This document shows positions 9,214 to 14,164 of a stretch of 14,164 nt of DNA, one piece after another. The translations under genes and the position numbers were made by a program. The stretch is from Archangiaceae bacterium (GTDB lineage: Bacteria; Myxococcota; Myxococcia; Myxococcales; Myxococcaceae): the NCBI GenBank assembly GCA_043750125.1, contig JAYVCD010000203.1, forward strand, positions 1-14,164. Reading direction: 5' to 3'. Each line of letters begins with the position of its first letter. The first letter of the stretch is position 1. Below the pieces are notes generated by a model. The model was not told where the DNA came from. It saw only the letters and a list, made by a program, of their open reading frames with translations, and searched no databases.

Positions 9214-10464
9214 ATGAGCGCACTTCGCGACTACGCCTGGGTGACGGCCGCCTACTGGTCCTTCACGCTGACCGACGGTGCGCTGCGGATGCTGGTGCTG
9301 CTCCACTTCCACGCCCTCGGGTACAGCCCGGTTCAGCTCGCGTTCCTCTTCTTGTTCTACGAATTCTTCGGGATCGTCACCAACCTCGTCGGCGGCTGGG
9401 TCGGCGCGCGACTGGGCCTGAAGATCACGTTGACGGGCGGGCTGCTGCTGCAGGTCGGTGCGCTGGCCATGCTTTCCCAGGTGCAGCCCCACTGGAGCAT
9501 TGCGAGCTCGGTCCTGTACGTCATGGCCGCCCAGGCGCTGTCGGGGATCGCGAAGGACCTCACGAAGATGAGCGCCAAAAGCTCGATCAAGGTCCTGCTG
9601 CCCAGGGGAGCGAGAGGAAAGCTCTTCAAGTGGGTGGCGATGCTCACCGGCAGCAAGAACGCACTGAAGGGGGTCGGCTTTTTCCTGGGGGGCCTGCTCC
9701 TCTCGGTCCTCGATTTCCAGCGGGCCTTGTTGGCGATGGCAGCGGCGATCTTGCTGGTATTCGGCGGAACTCAGCTGCTGCTGCCTGCAGACCTCGGCCG
9801 GTCGAAGGGAAAACCGAAGTTCAGTGGAATCTTTTCGAAGAACCGCCAGGTCAACGTGTTGTCCGCCGCCCGGTTCTTTCTGTTCGGAGCGCGCGACGTC
9901 TGGTTCGTGGTGGGCGTCCCCGTCTTCCTCTACGACCGCCTCGGCTGGACCTTCACTGCCGTGGGCAGCTTCCTCGCATTGTGGATCGTGGGGTACGGGG
10001 CGGTGCAGTCTCTGGCTCCGCTGATCGTGGGGAAGTGGACGGGAGGCAGCGCGCCGGAAGCCAGGAGCGCACAGGGCCTTGCGTTCGGCCTGGCGGGAAT
10101 CACCGTGGCGCTCGCGGTGAGCCTTTCGCTGAACGCTCCGCCGCTGGTGCTGGTGGGGGTCGGGCTGCCGGTGTTCGGCGTGCTGTTCGCGCTGAACTCC
10201 AGCGTCCACTCGTACCTGATCCTCGCCTACTCGGATGGAGACGCGGTCGCGATGAACGTCGGCTTCTATTACATGGCCAACGCGGGGGGACGGTTGGCGG
10301 GCACGCTGCTGTCCGGGTTGCTCTTCGAGCGCGCGGGAGTCGTGGGGTGTTTGTGGGGCTCAGCGCTCTTCGCGGCTCTCGCAGGAGCGCTGTCGCTCGC
10401 CCTCCCGCGCAGGGACGCCAACATTCCCCTCTCTCAGCTCACCGCCGAGGGTGGCGGCGACTGA
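9214..10464 (+). CDS. arsJ: Organoarsenical efflux MFS transporter ArsJ
   Basis: YWSFTLTDGALRMLVLLHFH.LGY, QALSGIAKDL.KMSAKS, LTGSKNALKG.GFF, FLFGARDVWFVV, NSS.HSYLI, VGFYYMANA.GRL. ATG 9214 lies 8 nt after the gapdh stop. Confidence 0.95.
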   Translation: MSALRDYAWVTAAYWSFTLTDGALRMLVLLHFHALGYSPVQLAFLFLFYEFFGIVTNLVGGWVGARLGLKITLTGGLLLQVGALAMLSQVQPHWSIASSVLYVMAAQALSGIAKDLTKMSAKSSIKVLLPRGARGKLFKWVAMLTGSKNALKGVGFFLGGLLLSVLDFQRALLAMAAAILLVFGGTQLLLPADLGRSKGKPKFSGIFSKNRQVNVLSAARFFLFGARDVWFVVGVPVFLYDRLGWTFTAVGSFLALWIVGYGAVQSLAPLIVGKWTGGSAPEARSAQGLAFGLAGITVALAVSLSLNAPPLVLVGVGLPVFGVLFALNSSVHSYLILAYSDGDAVAMNVGFYYMANAGGRLAGTLLSGLLFERAGVVGCLWGSALFAALAGALSLALPRRDANIPLSQLTAEGGGD

Positions 10465-10469
10465 AAAAA

Positions 10470-10520
10470 TCTGACGCGATCTCAGCGGCTGACCGTGAAG
10501 GTGATCAGCCGGTGGTCAGA
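10470..10520. terminator. Stem-loop between convergent arsJ and rnhA (possible bidirectional terminator)
   Basis: CGGCTGA...TCAGCCG inner stem with outer TCTGAC/GTCAGA pairing; an A-run at 10464-10469 gives a U-tract on the minus strand. Confidence 0.45.
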
Positions 10521-10561
10521 GCCCTCAAGTCATGCTTTCCACTGTGTCCTCCACTGGGGAA

Positions 10562-11146
10562 TTACATCCGCTCGTCGATCGCCCGGTTGCTCATCTCGTC
10601 GGCGGCCTTGTTCATCTCGCGCGGAACGTGCACCAGCTTCACCCGCGAGAAATCATTGAGCAGCTTCACCGCTTCTTCGTACAGGGGTCGCAAGGTCGCG
10701 CTCTTCACCTGGTACCTGCCGCCGAGCTGGCGAATCATCAGCTCGCTGTCGGCGAAGACTTCGATCTCGCGCACGCCCAGAACTCGCGCGCGGCGCAGGC
10801 CGATCAGCAGCCCCATGTACTCGGCGTAGTTGTTGGTCTGCACCCCGAGAAATTTCCCCAGCCGGTCCACCACCTGGCCCGACGGCTCGACCAACACCGC
10901 GCCGGCGCCCGACAGCCCGGGGTTCCCGCGCGCAGCCCCATCGGAATAGACCCGCAGCCGCTCGAATGAGCCGTTCTCTTCTACCGCCGAAGCGCCGTTG
11001 TCCCCCATCGCGTCCGCGGCGCGCGCCAACAATTTCTTCAGCCGTTCCCGCGAGACGTGCGGAAACGCTTCCAGCGTGGCGGACAAGGGCTCTTCGCGCG
11101 CAATGAATTGCAGCAGCTCGGTATCGGGGGTGATTTTCTTGGGCAC
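10562..11146 (-). CDS. rnhA: Ribonuclease HI (DGxxRGNPG type) with N-terminal helical extension
   Basis: YSDGAARGNPG, TNNYAEY, DSEL...Q..G.Y.VK, HVPRE.N..AD..SN; all four acidic catalytic residues are present. GTG 11146 avoids overlap with the upstream gene. Confidence 0.92.
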   Translation of the reverse strand: MPKKITPDTELLQFIAREEPLSATLEAFPHVSRERLKKLLARAADAMGDNGASAVEENGSFERLRVYSDGAARGNPGLSGAGAVLVEPSGQVVDRLGKFLGVQTNNYAEYMGLLIGLRRARVLGVREIEVFADSELMIRQLGGRYQVKSATLRPLYEEAVKLLNDFSRVKLVHVPREMNKAADEMSNRAIDERM

Positions 11147-11169
11147 GCGGGGTTCAGCCCTTGCTGCAA

Positions 11170-11886
11170 CTACCCTTCGAGCGCCTCGGCGGCGTGAATG
11201 ATGCGCTGGCAAGAGGGACATAGGTCGTACCCGAGGGTGGTGCGCAGCGTGTTGTACATCTGAGCCGGAACGTTCATCCGGCACCCGTTGCAGGTCCCCG
11301 GAGCCACCACCGCAACCATCGCAGGCAGCTTCTTCTTCTTGATGTGTTCGTAACGCTTCAGCAGTCCTGAATCGACCTTCCGCGCTGCTTCCTCGCGCCG
11401 ATTGCCGATTCCATTCACTTCCGCTTCGACCGCGGCCAACTGTCCGCGCAGCACGCCCATCTTTTCGCTGAGCTCTTTGGCGTGAACGAGGAACTCGGCA
11501 TCTTTGGCTTGAAAGGCCGTTCGCTGAATGGCTTGCGCCTTTGCCAGCTCGATCAGGTCTTCGGCCATCGTCAGGTTCGTCTTCTTCGCGATGTCGATCT
11601 CACGGGCGAGGGCTGAGTATTCGCGGGTCGAGCGTTGCTCGGTCAGCCGCGATTCCCACTTCTTCACCTTGTCCTTCTCTTCGATGATCGTCTGTTCCAT
11701 CGTCGACTTCTGACGATCGAGATCCGTCAGCTTCGAGCGTTCTGCTTCAGTCGCGCTGCGTGCAGAGCCCAGCAACGCTTCGAGCTCTGAAATCTGCTTC
11801 GGGTACTCGCCCGCTGATTTATTGAGCGCCGCGATCTCCATGTCCACCTTCTGGAGCGCGACCAGGGCCAACAATTTCTCCCGCAA
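11170..11886 (-). CDS. Coiled-coil protein with C-terminal C4 zinc ribbon (zf-RING_7 / CT398-HP0958-like)
   Basis: LQ.VD start, long heptad region, Y..I, CNGC...CPSC.RII. TTG start at 11886 with GGAGG 5 nt upstream. Confidence 0.9.
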   Translation of the reverse strand: MREKLLALVALQKVDMEIAALNKSAGEYPKQISELEALLGSARSATEAERSKLTDLDRQKSTMEQTIIEEKDKVKKWESRLTEQRSTREYSALAREIDIAKKTNLTMAEDLIELAKAQAIQRTAFQAKDAEFLVHAKELSEKMGVLRGQLAAVEAEVNGIGNRREEAARKVDSGLLKRYEHIKKKKLPAMVAVVAPGTCNGCRMNVPAQMYNTLRTTLGYDLCPSCQRIIHAAEALEG

Positions 11887-11947
11887 AAAAGCCTCCGTAC
11901 GACATAACGCGCGCATGCGCGGTCCACGTTGCTTCTACCAACAAGGT

Positions 11948-12700
11948 TTGCGGCGATCCAAAACACTTTTTGGGGCCGCGCTGATCCTGCTTACCGCCTG
12001 CACCAAAGACTCGCCAGCCACAGCGCCGCCCAAAGTGCACCCCGCTGCTTCCGGCCCCACCGGGTGGATCACCGGTCGGGTCACTGCGCGGGGAACGTTG
12101 CCCGCCCTCAAGCCCCAGCCGCTCGACGCGTCGCTGCACAAGCAATGCGGTGTTTCCGCGCCCGATCTCTCGCTGGTCGTCGCCGCCGACGGGGCACTGC
12201 AGTTCGCCGTCGTTTCGGTCGACGATGCAAAGCCTTCACCCCTGCCGGAAAACTTCAGCCCCGCATTCATCGACCAGAAGGCCTGCGCCTACCACCCGTC
12301 GGTCGTTGCGACCCGAGCAGGACAGCCGCTGAAGGTGAAGAACTCTGACCCGCTGATGCACAACGTGCGCGCGATGAACGAAGGCAAACCGGTCTTCAAC
12401 GTCGCGATGCCGATTGAAAATCTCACCATCGACAAGCCGCTGCCGCCCGCCGCAGGAATCGTGCAGCTGCACTGCGACGTTCACCCGTGGATGACCGCGT
12501 GGGTCGCGACATTCGATCACGACCTGTACGCAGTGACCACCGCCGACGGGCAGTTTCGAATCGACGGGGTAGCTGTGGGTCGCCACCCGGTGAAGCTGTG
12601 GCACCCGCGGCTGGGCGAGCAGAAGATTGAAGTGGAAGTGAAGGCCGATGCGGGCACGACGATCTCGCCCGGCTGGGAACTGGCCGACGCAGGCACCTGA
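11948..12700 (+). CDS. Lipoprotein with cupredoxin-like and carboxypeptidase-regulatory-like domains
   Basis: Lipobox LTA-C; DQKAC.Y.P, NSDP..HNV, CDVHPWM, A.T..DG.F.I..V..G...V..WHP.LG. Start uncertain (TTG 11948 or ATG 11915). Confidence 0.8.
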   Translation: MRRSKTLFGAALILLTACTKDSPATAPPKVHPAASGPTGWITGRVTARGTLPALKPQPLDASLHKQCGVSAPDLSLVVAADGALQFAVVSVDDAKPSPLPENFSPAFIDQKACAYHPSVVATRAGQPLKVKNSDPLMHNVRAMNEGKPVFNVAMPIENLTIDKPLPPAAGIVQLHCDVHPWMTAWVATFDHDLYAVTTADGQFRIDGVAVGRHPVKLWHPRLGEQKIEVEVKADAGTTISPGWELADAGT

Positions 12701-12780
12701 TCCAGTCGCGGGGGCTGACCCATCGGTCGACCGCCCCGCTTTCGCGCGGCGATCGGTCCCGACGAGACGGCGGCGACGGC

Positions 12781-13056
12781 TCAGACGTCTTCTTCGGCCG
12801 CTTCTTCGTCTTCGAACTCTTCGATCTCTTCTTCGTCCTCATCGGTCTTGGCCGCCGGCTCAGCGGGCTCAATCGGCTCGATGATCTTGGGCACGGCCGC
12901 GAGACGACCGCGTCGGCCCTCGGCCGGTCGGTTCGCCGGACTGTCGCGCTGATCGGCGCCACACTTCGGGCAGACCGGGTCAGGCTTCTTCAGGTCGTAG
13001 AACTTCGAATTGCACTTGAAGCAGATGAATTTATTTCCGAGATCTTTTGCAGGCAT
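12781..13056 (-). CDS. FYDLN-acid domain protein (TIGR02300 family)
   Basis: DLGNK..CFKC..KFYDL.K...VCPKCG followed by a highly acidic tail; GAAGGAGG upstream of ATG 13056. Confidence 0.9.
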   Translation of the reverse strand: MPAKDLGNKFICFKCNSKFYDLKKPDPVCPKCGADQRDSPANRPAEGRRGRLAAVPKIIEPIEPAEPAAKTDEDEEEIEEFEDEEAAEEDV

Positions 13057-13197
13057 TGAAGTGCGCCCTCCTTCGTGTGGGCGGAGGTGGCTCTGAAGGG
13101 CGGGCTGCTTATGGCCGTGTCCGTTCCAAGTCAACGATGGGCGCGGTAACCTTTTGCTTAAGTCGTCTGTCTCAGCTTTGAAGGGCCGGAACTCCCA

Positions 13198-14164
13198 GTG
13201 AACGTCACCTGCGAAAAGTGCAACAAGCGATACTCGATTGCCGACGACAAGGTTCGCGGCAAGTCGGTGAAGATCCGCTGTAAGCAGTGCCAGAACCTCA
13301 TCTCGGTGCAGGGCCCGCCCGTGGTCGCCGAGTATGGAGGCCCCGACGCGCTCTCGGCCGCCAGCCCCTGGGACGACGAGAGCACCCGCGCGATGCCCGC
13401 GATGGACGTGACCTCGCAGTGGTTTGCGATGGTGAAGGGAAAGCAGCTGGGCCCTCTAGATTTCAGGGGCCTCGAAGCCCGGGTGAAGTCGGGGGAGCTG
13501 ACGTTGCGCACCTACCTGTGGAAGCAGGGCATGGGCGACTGGAAACGCGCCAGCGACGTTCCGGAAGTCAGCTCGGTGTTCGCGGGTGTCTCGGTCGGCG
13601 CCACTGCGCTCGGCCCCGCATCCTTTCCTCCCGAGCGACCTTCTTCCCGCCACGTCCCGGCGATTCAGCGCGATGTGGCCGTGGCGCTGGAGACCCCGTC
13701 GCCGGAAATCACGTCCCGAAAGCCCGCCGCAAACGGAAACGGAAACGGAAACGGTCACCCGGCGGCCCGAGCACCCGAGCCGGCCGCTGCTCCCCGGCCC
13801 AAAGTTTCCAGCCAGGCCCGGGCCCCGGTGCAGGCGCGCGGCGTTACCGTGGCGCTTCCCAACCCGAACCCCACGGCGCCGGTGCCTCACGTCAGGCAAG
13901 AGGCTCCGCTCTCCGATCTGTTTGGCGGCGAAGCTTCGCGAGAGAACGACGCGCCCGCCGACTCGCGTGAGGAAGAAGAAGAGCCGGGCCGTTCGCATCA
14001 AAGCGATCCGTTTGCCGCGTTGGGAGAAGCCGACCCTTCGGAAGCGCCGCCTCCGGGAGAAGCGACCAAGTTCTTCATCGCGCAGGCGGGCGTCAACAAG
14101 CGCAACCCGCCCTGGAAGATCGCGCTCTTCGTCCTCGGCGCGCCGGGGTTGCTGCTTGGCACGC
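13198..14164 (+). CDS. Zinc-ribbon (MJ0042-type) + GYF_2 domain membrane protein, GltJ/AgmX-like; truncated at the window edge
   Basis: Manual translation from GTG 13198 stays open to the end: CEKC.KRYSI.D.KVRGK.VKIRCKQC, then WFAMVKGKQLGP......VKSGEL...TYLWKQGM.DWK.ASDVPE, a Pro/Ala linker, an acidic patch and the start of a TM helix (WKIALFVLG). Not in the ORF track because it has no stop codon in the window. Confidence 0.88.
   Translation, partial: MNVTCEKCNKRYSIADDKVRGKSVKIRCKQCQNLISVQGPPVVAEYGGPDALSAASPWDDESTRAMPAMDVTSQWFAMVKGKQLGPLDFRGLEARVKSGELTLRTYLWKQGMGDWKRASDVPEVSSVFAGVSVGATALGPASFPPERPSSRHVPAIQRDVAVALETPSPEITSRKPAANGNGNGNGHPAARAPEPAAAPRPKVSSQARAPVQARGVTVALPNPNPTAPVPHVRQEAPLSDLFGGEASRENDAPADSREEEEEPGRSHQSDPFAALGEADPSEAPPPGEATKFFIAQAGVNKRNPPWKIALFVLGAPGLLLGT
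13732..13755 (+). repeat. In-frame hexamer repeat (AACGGA)x3 + AACGGT encoding NGNGNGNG
   Basis: Directly visible tandem repeat within the linker of the zinc-ribbon/GYF gene. Confidence 0.8.

Noticed and set aside
9151..10829. ORFs 9151..10209 (-) and 9630..10829 (+)
   Set aside because: Antisense and alternate-frame shadows of arsJ and rnhA.
10562..11284. RNase H as a retroelement or transposase remnant, and its 240-aa long form
   Set aside because: No reverse transcriptase or integrase is nearby and the context is the usual zinc-ribbon-rnhA pair; the long start overlaps the upstream gene by 115 nt.
13158..14001. ORF-track calls 13158..13511 (-), 13287..13970 (+) and 13456..14001 (-)
   Set aside because: The real gene is the open frame from GTG 13198 with zinc-ribbon and GYF motifs; these ORFs are its shadows.

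Overview
GC-rich bacterial window, most likely Myxococcota (inferred from the N-terminally extended RNase HI, the FYDLN protein and a GltJ/AgmX-like zinc-ribbon-GYF protein). The left edge holds the 5' part of the RNase P RNA gene (rnpB, minus strand), which is absent from the ORF track. About 10.3 kb of respiration and metal/oxyanion genes follow: cytochrome bd cydAB, an M48 metalloprotease lipoprotein, a His-rich CDF exporter, modABC with an XRE-HTH/periplasmic-binding-domain (VnfR-like) regulator, and a divergent minimal arsR-gapdh-arsJ arsenate module. The right part looks like core genome: RNase HI, a C4 zinc-ribbon coiled-coil protein, a cupredoxin-like lipoprotein, a FYDLN-acid protein, and a zinc-ribbon/GYF membrane protein that runs off the edge and is also missing from the ORF track. 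No transposase, integrase, tRNA or CRISPR array was seen. Most components belong to known families. The most promising undescribed aspects are regulatory and architectural: candidate operators in the shared mod/ars divergent region, competing RNA helices before modA, an 11-bp inverted repeat bracketing the ars cassette, and the cargo block lying between rnhA and rnpB.
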